Shown in pieces: positions 47,904 through 59,353 of a DNA stretch of 64,000 nucleotides. The position numbers were made by a program, and so were the translations under genes. Source of the stretch: Escherichia phage wV7. Position 1 is the first letter of the stretch, and each line of letters begins with the position of its first letter. The DNA lies in the sequence record NC_019505.1; one strand, given 5' to 3'. The notes under the pieces were generated by a model. It worked only from the letters and a program-made list of their open reading frames with translations. It was not told the origin of the DNA and made no database searches.

Positions 47904-48529
47904 TACAATAGCTCAAAGAATTCTTTGAGTCCTCTTATTACATGAGCGTGGGTTTTTCCACACTCTGGGCACTTAATTGGAACAGCCAAATAAACAGTAG
48001 GCTTTAAAAGCATATCTTTTATAGCTACAATATCTGACTCTGTGATGATAGAATATAAATCTTCCAATTCTTTTTCATTTAAGTCTTCAACTGGAATGCT
48101 TTCACCGTTAGCATGAATCGTTTCTATACATGATACTATCATGTGGGCTATATTTTTATCATCAAAAATTTTAGGGTAATGGAATTTAATTTTAATGTCA
48201 CCCAGTGTATACCAGAGGTCTTCTGGTGCATCTATTTGTGTATGTAATAGATTTATATGGGTTGGTATTTCAGTTCCACAGGTGCACTTCCAGGAGTTTT
48301 CGTGATTAACTTCTCCAAGAGAATGCGCCCATAAATGAATCAGTAATAGTTCTGATTCTTGGCGGTTTAAATCTTTTGCATTTGTGCAGTCTTTGATTAG
48401 CTTTTTAACAATTACTTCTACGGAACCATTATTTTTGGCAGTAATAAGTTCTAGATATTCTTTAAGAGTAAATGCGCGACAGTTGATTATTTTAGAACCA
48501 ACTCTCACGTCAAATTTGTATTCATACAT
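47903..48529 (-). CDS. 26: gp26 baseplate hub protein
   Basis: 208 aa, stop overlaps gene 25 start; divergent from gene 51. Confidence 0.85.
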   Translation of the reverse strand: MYEYKFDVRVGSKIINCRAFTLKEYLELITAKNNGSVEVIVKKLIKDCTNAKDLNRQESELLLIHLWAHSLGEVNHENSWKCTCGTEIPTHINLLHTQIDAPEDLWYTLGDIKIKFHYPKIFDDKNIAHMIVSCIETIHANGESIPVEDLNEKELEDLYSIITESDIVAIKDMLLKPTVYLAVPIKCPECGKTHAHVIRGLKEFFELL

Positions 48530-48550
48530 ATTTAGCTCCTTTATTTATCA

Positions 48551-48562
48551 TATTTATAAATA
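48551..48562. promoter_or_regulatory. palindromic bidirectional late promoter TATTTATAAATA (genes 26 and 51)
   Basis: 12 bp perfect palindrome containing TATAAATA on both strands in the 50 bp divergent intergenic region. Confidence 0.5.
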
Positions 48563-48579
48563 GAATAAAAGGAGCATCT

Positions 48580-49332
48580 ATGGCAAACATTATTCGTTGT
48601 AAATTACCTGATGGTGTTCATCGTTTTAAACCATTTACGGTAGAAGATTATCGAGATTTTTTGTTAGTTCGAAACGATATAGAACATCGGTCACCACAAG
48701 AACAAAAAGAAGTAATTGCTGATTTAATTGCTGATTATTTTGGAGACTATCCAAAGACTTGGCAACCATTTATATTTTTGCAGGTATTTGTAGGGTCAAT
48801 AGGTAAAACTAAAGTACCAGTCACATTTGTATGTCCAAAATGTAAAAAAGAAAAGACAGTTCCATTTGAAATATATCAAAAAGAATTAAAGGAACCTATT
48901 TTTGATGTAGCTAATGTTAAAATTAAATTAAATTTTCCTTCTGAGTTTTATGAAAATAAAGCAAAGATGATTACTGAAAATATTCATTCTGTTCAAGTCG
49001 ATGAAATGTGGTATGATTGGAAGGAAATTAGTGAATCAAGTCAAATAGAACTTGTTGACGCCATCGAGATAGAAACATTAGAAAAAATTCTCGATGCAAT
49101 GAATCCTATTAATTTAACATTGCACATGTCGTGTTGTGATAAGTACATTAAAAAATACACTGATATAGTAGATGTGTTTAAGCTATTAGTTAATCCAGAT
49201 GAGATATTTACTTTTTATCAAATTAATCACACGCTTGTAAAAAGTAATTATAGCTTAAATTCAATAATGAAAATGATTCCTGCCGAGCGCGGATTCGTAT
49301 TAAAACTGATTGAGAAGGATAAACATCAATGA
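48580..49332 (+). CDS. 51: gp51 baseplate hub assembly protein
   Basis: 250 aa, SD GGAG, T4 order. Confidence 0.85.
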   Translation: MANIIRCKLPDGVHRFKPFTVEDYRDFLLVRNDIEHRSPQEQKEVIADLIADYFGDYPKTWQPFIFLQVFVGSIGKTKVPVTFVCPKCKKEKTVPFEIYQKELKEPIFDVANVKIKLNFPSEFYENKAKMITENIHSVQVDEMWYDWKEISESSQIELVDAIEIETLEKILDAMNPINLTLHMSCCDKYIKKYTDIVDVFKLLVNPDEIFTFYQINHTLVKSNYSLNSIMKMIPAERGFVLKLIEKDKHQ

Positions 49333-50501
49333 GTATGTTACAACGTCCTGGATATCCAAATCTCAGCGTTAAATTATTTGAGAGTTATGACGCTTGGAGT
49401 AATAATAGATTTGTTGAATTAGCTGCTACTATTACCACATTAACTATGCGTGACTCTCTTTATGGTCGAAATGAAGGAATGCTACAATTTTATGATTCTA
49501 AAAACATTCATACAAAAATGGATGGAAATGAAATAATTCAGATTTCTGTAGCTAATGCAAACGATATTAATAATGTTAAAACCCGAATTTATGGATGCAA
49601 GCATTTTTCCGTGTCAGTAGATTCAAAAGGCGATAACATCATTGCTATTGAATTAGGAACTATTCATTCTATAGAAAATCTTAAATTTGGTAGACCATTT
49701 TTCCCTGATGCCGGTGAATCTATAAAGGAAATGCTTGGCGTAATTTATCAAGATCGTACATTATTAACTCCAGCGATAAATGCTATTAATGCTTATGTTC
49801 CTGATATTCCATGGACTAGCACATTTGAAAACTATTTGTCATATGTAAGAGAAGTTGCTCTAGCGGTAGGAAGCGATAAGTTCGTATTTGTATGGCAAGA
49901 CATCATGGGAGTTAACATGATGGACTATGATATGATGATAAATCAAGAACCATATCCAATGATTGTAGGTGAGCCAACTTTAATAGGTCAATTCGTCCAA
50001 GAATTGAAATATCCATTAGCATATGATTTTGTTTGGTTGACTAAATCAAACCCGCATAAACGCGATCCAATGAAAAATGCTACTATCTATGCTCATTCAT
50101 TTTTAGATTCTTCATTACCAATGATTACTACAGGAAAGGGTGAAAACTCTATTGTAGTGTCAAGGTCAGGTGCTTATTCTGAAATGACTTATAGAAATGG
50201 ATATGAAGAAGCTATTCGTCTTCAGACTATGGCGCAGTATGATGGTTACGCTAAATGTTCTACTGTCGGTAATTTTAACTTGACTCCTGGCGTTAAAATT
50301 ATTTTTAATGATAGTAAAAACCAATTTAAAACAGAATTTTACGTTGATGAAGTTATTCACGAATTATCAAATAATAATTCCGTAACTCATCTTTATATGT
50401 TCACTAATGCAACGAAACTGGAAACAATCGACCCAGTTAAGGTTAAAAATGAATTTAAAACTGATACTACCACTGAAGAAAGTAGTTCTTCCGATAAGTA
50501 A
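49329..50501 (+). CDS. 27: gp27 baseplate hub protein
   Basis: 390 aa [28 protein letters not shown]..., ATGA overlap with gene 51. Confidence 0.9.
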   Translation: MSMLQRPGYPNLSVKLFESYDAWSNNRFVELAATITTLTMRDSLYGRNEGMLQFYDSKNIHTKMDGNEIIQISVANANDINNVKTRIYGCKHFSVSVDSKGDNIIAIELGTIHSIENLKFGRPFFPDAGESIKEMLGVIYQDRTLLTPAINAINAYVPDIPWTSTFENYLSYVREVALAVGSDKFVFVWQDIMGVNMMDYDMMINQEPYPMIVGEPTLIGQFVQELKYPLAYDFVWLTKSNPHKRDPMKNATIYAHSFLDSSLPMITTGKGENSIVVSRSGAYSEMTYRNGYEEAIRLQTMAQYDGYAKCSTVGNFNLTPGVKIIFNDSKNQFKTEFYVDEVIHELSNNNSVTHLYMFTNATKLETIDPVKVKNEFKTDTTTEESSSSDK

Positions 50502-50982
50502 TAAAGAGGTTTCTATTCCTAAGATGGGTCTTAAACATTATAACATTTTAAAAGATGTTAAAGGTCCTGATGAAAATTTAAAGCTTCTTATTGATTCTAT
50601 TTGTCCAAATTTATCACCGGCAGAAGTTGATTTCGTTTCTATTCATTTGCTAGAATTTAATGGAAAGATTAAATCTCGTAAAGAAATAGATGGTTATACT
50701 TATGATATTAATGACGTTTATGTATGCCAAAGATTGGAATTTCAATACCAAGGAAATACATTTTATTTTAGACCTCCTGGAAAATTTGAACAATTTTTAA
50801 CTGTAAGCGATATGTTATCCAAATGCTTGCTTAAGGTCAATGATGAAGTTAAAGAAATTAATTTTCTTGAGATGCCAGCATTTGTTTTAAAATGGGCAAA
50901 TGATATTTCTACAACTTTAGCAATTCCTGGCCCTAATGGTCCAATAACCGGAATTGGCAATATTATTGGATTATTTGAATGA
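50449..50982 (+). CDS. 28: gp28 baseplate hub distal subunit
   Basis: ATG at 50449 with AAGG upstream gives 177 aa; overlaps 3' end of gene 27 out of frame; an in-frame ATG at 50407 is also possible. Confidence 0.75.
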   Translation: MNLKLILPLKKVVLPISNKEVSIPKMGLKHYNILKDVKGPDENLKLLIDSICPNLSPAEVDFVSIHLLEFNGKIKSRKEIDGYTYDINDVYVCQRLEFQYQGNTFYFRPPGKFEQFLTVSDMLSKCLLKVNDEVKEINFLEMPAFVLKWANDISTTLAIPGPNGPITGIGNIIGLFE

Positions 50983-52751
50983 AAAAGCCACAAGAAATGC
51001 AAACGATGCGTAGAAAAGTTATTTCAGATAATAAACCAACACAGGAAGCGGCTAAATCCGCTTCTAATACTTTATCTGGTCTTAATGACATTTCTACAAA
51101 ATTAGATGATGCTCAAGCTGCTTCTGAATTAATAGCTCAGACTGTTGAAGAAAAATCAAATGAAATAGTTGGAGCAATTGATAACGTTGAAAGCGCAGTA
51201 AGTGATACTACTGCCGGTTCTGAGTTAATTGCTGAAACTGTTGAAATTGGAAACAATATTAATAAAGAAATCGGTGAATCGCTCGGAAGCAAATTAGATA
51301 AATTAACAAGTTTACTGGAACAAAAAATTCAGACAGCTGGAATTCAGCAAACTGGAACGAGTTTAGCAGTAGTCGAAAATGCTATTCCTGTTAAAGTCGT
51401 CGAGGATGATACAGCTGAATCTGTGGGTCCTTTATTACCGGCTCCTGAAGCAGTTAATAATGATCCTGATGCTGATTTTTTCCCTACTCCTCAGCCAATT
51501 GAACCAAAACAAGAGTCTCCAGAAGAGAAGCAAAAAAGAGACGCATTTAACTTAAAATTATCTCAAGCTTTAGATAAATTAACAAAGACAGTTGATTTCG
51601 GATTTAAGAAATCTATTTCAATTACTGATAAAATATCTAGTATGCTATTTAAGTATACCGTCAGTGCTGCTATTGAAGCTGCTAAAATGGTTGCATTGAT
51701 AATGGCTGTTGTTATTGGAATAGACCTGCTGATGGTTCATTTTAAATACTGGTCAGATAAATTTTCAAAAGCCTGGGATTTATTTAGCACTGATTTTACT
51801 AAATTCTCTAGCGAAACCGGAACATGGGGTCCTTTATTACAGAGCATCTTTGATTCTATTGATGAAATTAAAAAGTTCTGGGAAGCTGGAGATTGGGGCG
51901 GATTAACAGTAGCTATTATTGAAGGGCTTGGAAGTGTTCTTTATAATTTAGGAGAGCTTATTCAATTAGGTATGGCTAAATTATCTGCAGCAATTCTTCG
52001 AGTCATTCCTGGCATGAAGGATACTGCTGATGAAGTAGAAGGAAGAGCATTAGAAAATTTCCAAAATTCTACTGGAGCATCTCTTAATAAAGAAGACCAA
52101 GAAAAAGTAGCAAATTATCAAGATAAACGAATGAATGATGATCTTGGCCCAATAGCAAAAGGATTAGACAAAATTGCGAACTGGAAAACTCGTGCATCTA
52201 ACTGGATTCGTGGTGTAGATAATAAAGAAGCATTGACTACTGACGAAGAACGTGCAGCAGAAGAAGAAAAATTAAAACAACTTTCACCGGAAGAAAGAAA
52301 AAATGCTTTAATGAAAGCTAATGAAGCTCGTGCTGCGATGATTCGTTTTGAAAAATACGCTGATTCAGCTGATATGAGCAAAGACTCGACAGTTAAATCA
52401 ATTGAAGCTGCTCATGAAGACCTTAAAAAACGAATGAATGATCCGGATTTAAATAATTCACCAGCAGTTAAAAAAGAACTTGCTTCTAGATTTGCTAAAA
52501 TTGATGCCACTTATCAAGAGCTCAAGAAAAATCAACCTGAAGCAAAACCTGAAACTTCTGCTAAATCACCAGAAGCAAAACAGGTCCAGGTGATTGAAAA
52601 GAACAAAGCACAACAAGCTCCTGTTCAACAAGCATCTCCTTCAATCAATAATACTAATAATGTTATTAAGAAAAATACTGTCGTTCATAATATGACACCT
52701 GTCACAAGCACAACTGCTCCTGGTGTATTTGGTGCGACGGGAGTTAATTAA
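50979..52751 (+). CDS. 29: gp29 tail tape-measure / baseplate hub protein
   Basis: 590 aa, ATGA overlap with gene 28, extended helical low-complexity regions. Confidence 0.9.
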   Translation: MKKPQEMQTMRRKVISDNKPTQEAAKSASNTLSGLNDISTKLDDAQAASELIAQTVEEKSNEIVGAIDNVESAVSDTTAGSELIAETVEIGNNINKEIGESLGSKLDKLTSLLEQKIQTAGIQQTGTSLAVVENAIPVKVVEDDTAESVGPLLPAPEAVNNDPDADFFPTPQPIEPKQESPEEKQKRDAFNLKLSQALDKLTKTVDFGFKKSISITDKISSMLFKYTVSAAIEAAKMVALIMAVVIGIDLLMVHFKYWSDKFSKAWDLFSTDFTKFSSETGTWGPLLQSIFDSIDEIKKFWEAGDWGGLTVAIIEGLGSVLYNLGELIQLGMAKLSAAILRVIPGMKDTADEVEGRALENFQNSTGASLNKEDQEKVANYQDKRMNDDLGPIAKGLDKIANWKTRASNWIRGVDNKEALTTDEERAAEEEKLKQLSPEERKNALMKANEARAAMIRFEKYADSADMSKDSTVKSIEAAHEDLKKRMNDPDLNNSPAVKKELASRFAKIDATYQELKKNQPEAKPETSAKSPEAKQVQVIEKNKAQQAPVQQASPSINNTNNVIKKNTVVHNMTPVTSTTAPGVFGATGVN

Positions 52752-52759
52752 GGAATAAT

Positions 52760-53854
52760 ATGGCAATTGTTAAAGAAATAACTGCTGATTTAATTAAAAA
52801 GTCCGGTGAAACAATTTCAGCCGGACAGAGTACTAAATCAGAAGTAGGAACTAAAACATACACAGCCCAGTTTCCAACTGGGCGTGCTAGTGGTAATGAC
52901 ACTACAGGGGACTTCCAGGTAACAGATCTATATAAGAATGGATTATTATTTACTGCATACAATATGTCATCTAGGGATTCTGGAAGTCTTAGAACGATGA
53001 GATCTAACTACTCTTCTTCATCTTCGAGTATTTTACGTACAGCCAGAAACACTATCAGTAATACAGTATCAAAACTATCAAATGGACTAATATCAGATAA
53101 TAATTCAGGAACAATAAGTAAAGTTCCTGTTGCAAATATTCTTTTACCTAGATCTAAATCTGACGTCGATACGTCATCACATAGATTTAATGATGTTCAA
53201 GATAGTCTTATTACAAAAGGCGGAGGTACTGCTACTGGTGTGCTAAGTAATATGGCTTCAACTGCAGTATTTGGTGCGCTTGAAAGTATAACACAAGGAA
53301 TAATGGCTGATAATAATGAACAGATCTATACAACAGCTAGAAGTATGTATGGCGGTGCTGAAAATAGAACAAAAGTGTTCACCTGGGATTTGACTCCGCG
53401 CTCAACAGAAGATTTAATGGCTATTATTAATATCTATCAGTATTTTAACTATTTTTCTTACGGTGAAACTGGTAAATCTCAATATGCTGCTGAAATAAAA
53501 GGATATTTAGATGAGTGGTATCGTTCTACATTTATTGAACCATTAACGCCAGAAGACGCGATTAAAAACAAGACGTTATTTGAAAAAATGACATCGAGTT
53601 TAACGAACGTTCTTGTAGTTTCAAACCCGACAATTTGGATGGTGAAAAACTTTGGTGCAACTTCTAAATTTGATGGAAAGACTGAAGTATTCGGTCCATG
53701 CCAAATACAGAGTATTAGATTTGATAAAACACCAAATGGTAACTTTAATGGATTAGCTATTGCTCCTAACCTTCCAAGTTCTTTTACACTCGAGATTACT
53801 ATGAGAGAGATTATTACGTTAAACCGTGCTTCTTTATATACGGGGACTTTCTAA
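52760..53854 (+). CDS. 48: gp48 baseplate tail tube cap
   Basis: 364 aa, T4 length and order. Confidence 0.9.
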   Translation: MAIVKEITADLIKKSGETISAGQSTKSEVGTKTYTAQFPTGRASGNDTTGDFQVTDLYKNGLLFTAYNMSSRDSGSLRTMRSNYSSSSSSILRTARNTISNTVSKLSNGLISDNNSGTISKVPVANILLPRSKSDVDTSSHRFNDVQDSLITKGGGTATGVLSNMASTAVFGALESITQGIMADNNEQIYTTARSMYGGAENRTKVFTWDLTPRSTEDLMAIINIYQYFNYFSYGETGKSQYAAEIKGYLDEWYRSTFIEPLTPEDAIKNKTLFEKMTSSLTNVLVVSNPTIWMVKNFGATSKFDGKTEVFGPCQIQSIRFDKTPNGNFNGLAIAPNLPSSFTLEITMREIITLNRASLYTGTF

Positions 53855-54819
53855 TGTATTCTTTAGAGGAATTTAATAATCAAGCAATAAACGCAGACTT
53901 CCAACGTAATAATATGTTCAGCTGTGTTTTTGCTACAACTCCATCAACTAAAAGCTCATCGTTAATAAGCTCAATTAGTAACTTTGCTTATAATAACTTG
54001 GGTCTAAATTCAGATTGGTTGGGATTAACTCAAGGTGATATTAATCAGGGAATTACTACGCTAATTACCGCTGGCACACAAAAACTGATAAGAAAATCAG
54101 GGGTTAGTAAATATCTTATTGGTGCCATGAGTCAACGTACAGTTCAAAGTTTATTAGGCTCATTTACAGTTGGTACATATTTAATTGACTTCTTTAACAT
54201 GGCATATAACTCATCTGGATTGATGATATATTCTGTAAAAATGCCAGAGAATAGATTATCCTATGAAACTGACTGGAACTATAATTCTCCTAATATTCGT
54301 ATAACTGGAAGAGAATTAGACCCTTTGGTTATTTCATTTAGAATGGATTCAGAAGCTTGTAACTATCGTGCAATGCAAGACTGGGTTAACGCTGTTCAAG
54401 ACCCAGTAACTGGATTGCGTGCTTTACCGCAAGATGTCGAGGCAGATATTCAGGTCAATCTTCATTCTCGCAATGGATTACCACATACTGCGGTGATGTT
54501 CACTGGCTGTATTCCAATATCTGTGAGTGCTCCTGAGTTATCATATGATGGAGATAACCAAATAACTACATTTGATGTTACTTTCGCTTATAGAGTCATG
54601 CAGGCTGGAGCAGTTGATAGACAAGCTGCCCTTGAATGGCTTGAATCTGCTACTATAAATGGTATTCAAAGCGTTCTCGGAAATAGTGGAGGTGTTACTG
54701 GACTATCTAATTCGCTTTCACGACTTAGTAGATTAGGGGGAACTGCAGGAAGCATTTCAAATATTAATACTATGACAGGAATTGTCAATTCGCAAAGTAA
54801 AATATTAGGAGCAATATAA
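53854..54819 (+). CDS. 54: gp54 baseplate tail tube initiator
   Basis: 321 aa, TAATG overlap with gene 48. Confidence 0.9.
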   Translation: MYSLEEFNNQAINADFQRNNMFSCVFATTPSTKSSSLISSISNFAYNNLGLNSDWLGLTQGDINQGITTLITAGTQKLIRKSGVSKYLIGAMSQRTVQSLLGSFTVGTYLIDFFNMAYNSSGLMIYSVKMPENRLSYETDWNYNSPNIRITGRELDPLVISFRMDSEACNYRAMQDWVNAVQDPVTGLRALPQDVEADIQVNLHSRNGLPHTAVMFTGCIPISVSAPELSYDGDNQITTFDVTFAYRVMQAGAVDRQAALEWLESATINGIQSVLGNSGGVTGLSNSLSRLSRLGGTAGSISNINTMTGIVNSQSKILGAI

Positions 54820-54822
54820 CAA

Positions 54823-54852
54823 TGGGGACCGAAAGGTCCCCATATTTTTATT
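54823..54852 (+). terminator. rho-independent terminator after gene 54 (also closes the convergent minus-strand operon)
   Basis: UGGGGACC-GAAA-GGUCCCCA hairpin followed by UAUUUUUAUUU. Confidence 0.6.
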
Positions 54853-55138
54853 TACGGAATGAAATAAAAGCAGCAACTGAAGCAACAGAGGTTTCTTCAA
54901 TATAAACCTCAATTTTTACCGGAGCTTCTGACTCAAATTTACCTGTTACTACACCTTGGAAAATACTTTCAGTCTGTTCTGGCTTTGAAAAATTTTCAGA
55001 AGGAAAAATTCCGAACTTTTTATCTGTTCCAAAAATTTTGATAAATTCATCGTAAACTGCTTCATTGAAAGCGTTATCAGCGGGAATAACGCCTTCAACG
55101 ACGAGTTCTTGACCTAAAAAGCGCAAAGAAGATTTCAT
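54848..55138 (-). CDS. hypothetical protein (alt.-3-like)
   Basis: 96 aa ATG-start ORF downstream of the Alt-like genes. Confidence 0.5.
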   Translation of the reverse strand: MKSSLRFLGQELVVEGVIPADNAFNEAVYDEFIKIFGTDKKFGIFPSENFSKPEQTESIFQGVVTGKFESEAPVKIEVYIEETSVASVAAFISFRK

Positions 55139-55198
55139 TTTGTGTTCCTCATGTTATGTCAGTAAGACTACTATAACACAACATGAGGGACTTGTAAA

Positions 55199-57256
55199 CT
55201 ACATTTTGAACTTTTTAGACATTCCGTTGATGTTAACCAAAGAAGCTAAGATTTGAGAAACTTCGTTTTCCTCTTCTTTTGATTCTTCTACAAGGAATTG
55301 ATTAAATCCAGCCATTGGACGAACTTCACCAGTTTCCATTAGATGGTCGCCATCATATACTGATTCTTCTAATTGTTCAGAAGGAGGAACGATTGTACCT
55401 TCGATTAGATACTTGTTATAAGCAGTTTCTTTCATAAAGTAAGTACTTACTTTATTAATCTTCAGTAAAATTCCACGTGGTAGAATAACTTCAGCTTCTG
55501 ATGGAAATCCTGACAAATGACCTGGAACGATAACTTTAACTCGTTCAGCTCCTTTAATTACCATACCCACGCTAGTTTCAGCATCTTCATTAGCATATGT
55601 AGAATGACTACCCATATGCATCAAATCTTCTGCATCAACGGAACCTTCTCCTTCACCAGAAAATACTGCTCCGGAATTATCTAAGGCCATATAATTTTTA
55701 CCATACTCACCAAAGATATTTGGTTTAAGTGATGTCGATACGAAGTTCTTGAAATAGAACATTTTATTTTCAATGTTATGACGCAAAGTTTTAAAAGTAA
55801 CTTCTTGTCCACGGTAAAGTGTAGTTCCTGGAGGAAGAACTGAACCTTTAGCGAATGCAGAATCCAGCGTCTCAATATGTTTAATAGCTCGTTCCATATA
55901 TTCTTCACGTGTAGAATCAGGTTTACCTAAAAGGAATGAGTTCATTTCAACATACGAATCTGCGCAATAATCTTCAATTACATCAGACTCAGCCTGAGTC
56001 AATCCTTTTGGAGTTACTTCAGTGCTTGCATATTCATACGCCTGAGCAGCGGATTCATCAATTAATTTATAAATGCCATTCATGACAAATTGAATAATAG
56101 CTGTCTTTTCATCTGGCGTAGCTTTAGAACCTTTAACTAAATCATTGACAATTTTCTTAATAACATCAAAGCTATTAGAAATATTAATGTCAGCAAGATC
56201 GCTTAAAATTTTATCAGTTTTATAATCAAAAAATTCTTTATTCTTTAAATATTCTTGAGAACTTTGATATGTTATATCGCTCTGCAACTTGATAGATGGA
56301 TCACGTAAACGTGCATGGGCTAATGCAATATGATTTCGGAAGCTTTCTAGTTCATAATCGTTAGATTTAAAACGAGAAGCACTTCTCATACCACCGATAG
56401 CTCCTTTGCTGAAGTTTGAACCAATCTGAATAACGCCAGAGTTCATTGGTCCTTCTGCTTTATATACCGGAACTTTAGATTCAAACTCTTGATATTTCTT
56501 AGCAGCGAAGCTATCACCCTGAAGTGAAGCATCAACAGTAGAATATTGAGCTTGTGCTGCTAATCGACGGCTAATTTTAGTTTTCTGAATAACAGCTTGA
56601 TCCGTACGCTTATCATTTTCTAAAGCAATAGAAGCAGCAACTGCGACAGCTTTAGGAACAGCATTACCTGTTTTAACGTCTACATAAACATCACCAACCT
56701 TTGATTCAACTTTTGTGAATAACTCAGTTGAAATAGGAGGTACACCTGGAATGTCTTCTAAATTGGCATTTTTACGGTAAACCATAATATATGCATATTT
56801 CTTATCATAGTCCCAGATTTCCTTTAAAAGAACATATCGACCTGCTCCTTTAGTACGTACTAAACGGTCAGCAATAACTTGCATTTGACGAGCAGCGCCG
56901 TTTGTTTTACTTTTTAGTACGCGGAATAGGCATGCATCAATTTTATACTGTTTCATTGTTTGAAGAGCAGTATCAAAAACCGCATTAATGACGCCAATTG
57001 GATTTCCACCCAAGTTTTTAAGCTTAACTAACGATAATTTCTCGTTGACGCCTATCATTACGATATGCATCATTTTGTCGCCTGGCTTAACGTTTTTATT
57101 CGTATCACCGCCAGAGGTGTATGTACAAAATCTAAATCCAGGAAGCACGCTTTCTTCACCGGCTTGAATAGCAAAAATTTGTGGTATTTTATGCTTAGGA
57201 TTTAAGTTAACAACCGGCGCCGAAGCGCCGTCAAATAATTCTGTAATAAGTTCCAT
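55199..57256 (-). CDS. Alt-like ADP-ribosyltransferase paralog
   Basis: 685 aa; N-terminus MELITELFD... and C-terminal region with Arg / S-T-S / E-x-E triad (YRGQ, FVSTSL, SEAEVILPRG); about half the residues are shared with the adjacent 697 aa gene. Confidence 0.8.
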   Translation of the reverse strand: MELITELFDGASAPVVNLNPKHKIPQIFAIQAGEESVLPGFRFCTYTSGGDTNKNVKPGDKMMHIVMIGVNEKLSLVKLKNLGGNPIGVINAVFDTALQTMKQYKIDACLFRVLKSKTNGAARQMQVIADRLVRTKGAGRYVLLKEIWDYDKKYAYIMVYRKNANLEDIPGVPPISTELFTKVESKVGDVYVDVKTGNAVPKAVAVAASIALENDKRTDQAVIQKTKISRRLAAQAQYSTVDASLQGDSFAAKKYQEFESKVPVYKAEGPMNSGVIQIGSNFSKGAIGGMRSASRFKSNDYELESFRNHIALAHARLRDPSIKLQSDITYQSSQEYLKNKEFFDYKTDKILSDLADINISNSFDVIKKIVNDLVKGSKATPDEKTAIIQFVMNGIYKLIDESAAQAYEYASTEVTPKGLTQAESDVIEDYCADSYVEMNSFLLGKPDSTREEYMERAIKHIETLDSAFAKGSVLPPGTTLYRGQEVTFKTLRHNIENKMFYFKNFVSTSLKPNIFGEYGKNYMALDNSGAVFSGEGEGSVDAEDLMHMGSHSTYANEDAETSVGMVIKGAERVKVIVPGHLSGFPSEAEVILPRGILLKINKVSTYFMKETAYNKYLIEGTIVPPSEQLEESVYDGDHLMETGEVRPMAGFNQFLVEESKEEENEVSQILASLVNINGMSKKFKM

Positions 57257-57259
57257 GAT

Positions 57260-59353
57260 TTATCCTTGAACGAACTTGTAAGGCATGTTTGTAATATCTA
57301 TGCAAGACGCAATAATTCCAAGAGATGATTCTACTTTCTGTTTAACATTTGATGAAACAAATGATGCAAAGTCAACTCTGTCTTCTATTTCAATATCACC
57401 TGTCATTGCAACCAATTCACCAGTTTCCATTAAATGGTCTCCGTCATAGATTACCGATTCGGTGAGCTCTTCCGTGGTCATAACTTCAGCTTGAATGAGT
57501 TTTGTATTATTAGATGTTGTTCCGTCATTATTAGAAGCATCAGTTATTTTATTAACTTTGACCATCAATCCACGCGGTAGAATAACTTCAGCTTCTGTTG
57601 CTATTCCGAGACTTCCTGGATATACAACATTAACTTTATGAGCTCCATCAATTGCCCATCCTATTTGAACTTTAACGTATTCAGGATTTTCTTTATACGC
57701 TCTTATTTCGTTTGGATTAATAGTTATTCCTTCTTCATTTTTATCAACTGTTAATTCATTGCGAGCTTCTGGTTCTAAAAGACCAATACCAGCATGTGTG
57801 ATTCCAAAACGTCCAAAAATGATAGGAGTTAAAGAAGTAGATACAAAATTTCTGAAGTAGAACACTTTATTTTTAACTAACGCTTCATATATAGGAGCAG
57901 TCATACTTTGAGCACGATAAACTGTGATGCCTTCCGGTATGCGGTCACCATTTTCAAAAGCTGAATCTAAGTTATTTATAGCAGATTCAATTTCTTTTTC
58001 ACTCATTACATCATATCGTTCTGGATTGTAACGACCTAAAAGAAGATTATTGATGTCAGTATATCCTGAACCGCAATATTCTCTAATGCCACGCTTTTGT
58101 GATGGAGTATATTTAGAACCATCGCGGGCAATAGTAATATCAATCATTGGACCAGCACCAATTCCAGAAAAACTGTAAATCATTCGTTTGAGGAATTTAG
58201 TTTTTGCTGCGTTCCAGGAATTTTTAGTTATTTCTTCCCAGACTTCATCTGGTTGTCCTTTACGATTTTTATTATGATTAGCAAGCCATTTATCTTTATA
58301 ATCTTCAAAGAATTGATTTACAGCTGCTGCGTATTTCTCTAAACATTTTATTGAAGTAGTTGGTTCATTTTTAATTGCATTAAAAATTACTTCTTTAATT
58401 TTTTCTGAAACTTCACCGACTTGACTCATTGGAAAGAATTTATAATCATAGTGAAGTTCATCTGCCGTTCCTTCAGCAATAATTTTTGCTGCCTTTGTTT
58501 TAGAAGCTAATGAATTAATTCCAATTTTCATTTCTTCTGCTTCGGGAATTAAAGGTGCAGTAGCTGGTTTATTAAAATTAGCTGCTGTAGATTCATACTT
58601 CTGGAATAATTCACTTTCAAATCTAGAAGATTCCAATGACTGACTTTGTGCAATTGCTCTACGGGAAATTTTAACTTTAACGATTACGGCTTGGTCAGAA
58701 CGTTTATCATTTTCTTGTGCAATAGATGCAGCAATTGCCTCATTTTTGGTTACTTGAGCTCCAGTATCTTTATTGATATAAACATCACCGACCTTCGATT
58801 CAACTTTAGTAAAGAGCTCGGTGCTAATTTCTGGAACTCCTGGAATGTCTTCTAGTGATACATTTTTACGATGTATAAGAATATATGCATACTTTTTATC
58901 GTAATCCCAGAGTTCCTTAAGAAGGACGTATCTGCCACCTGAACGACTACGGATAAGTCTATCAGCAATAACTTGAATTTGTCGAGCTTGGCCAGCAGTT
59001 TTAGACTTAAGAATACGAAGCATACAAGCATCAATTTTATATTGACGCATTGTTTGCATTGCAACAGTAAAAACTGAATTGATATAATTAATTGGGCTTG
59101 GACCAAGACCTTTTAATTTAGCAATTGAACCTTTAGCAGTTAATGTAAAAGGAACAATGTGCATCATTTTGTCGCCCATTTTTAAATCGCGATTAGTATC
59201 ACCTCCAGATGTATATGTACATAAACGAAAGCCTGGTTGTTCAATTGCATCATCAACATGAACTGAAAAAATTTGTGGTATTTTCTTCTTTGGATTTAAG
59301 TTTGTAATCGGAAGAGTAGTATCTTCGTCAAATAATTCTGTAATAAGTTCCAT
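57260..59353 (-). CDS. alt: Alt ADP-ribosyltransferase (head-packaged, injected)
   Basis: 697 aa from ATG at 59353 (SD GAGAGG 5 nt upstream; an in-frame ATG at 59356 is also possible); Arg / S-T-S / E-x-E motifs (YRAQ, FVSTSL, TEAEVILPRG); late promoter upstream. Confidence 0.8.
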   Translation of the reverse strand: MELITELFDEDTTLPITNLNPKKKIPQIFSVHVDDAIEQPGFRLCTYTSGGDTNRDLKMGDKMMHIVPFTLTAKGSIAKLKGLGPSPINYINSVFTVAMQTMRQYKIDACMLRILKSKTAGQARQIQVIADRLIRSRSGGRYVLLKELWDYDKKYAYILIHRKNVSLEDIPGVPEISTELFTKVESKVGDVYINKDTGAQVTKNEAIAASIAQENDKRSDQAVIVKVKISRRAIAQSQSLESSRFESELFQKYESTAANFNKPATAPLIPEAEEMKIGINSLASKTKAAKIIAEGTADELHYDYKFFPMSQVGEVSEKIKEVIFNAIKNEPTTSIKCLEKYAAAVNQFFEDYKDKWLANHNKNRKGQPDEVWEEITKNSWNAAKTKFLKRMIYSFSGIGAGPMIDITIARDGSKYTPSQKRGIREYCGSGYTDINNLLLGRYNPERYDVMSEKEIESAINNLDSAFENGDRIPEGITVYRAQSMTAPIYEALVKNKVFYFRNFVSTSLTPIIFGRFGITHAGIGLLEPEARNELTVDKNEEGITINPNEIRAYKENPEYVKVQIGWAIDGAHKVNVVYPGSLGIATEAEVILPRGLMVKVNKITDASNNDGTTSNNTKLIQAEVMTTEELTESVIYDGDHLMETGELVAMTGDIEIEDRVDFASFVSSNVKQKVESSLGIIASCIDITNMPYKFVQG

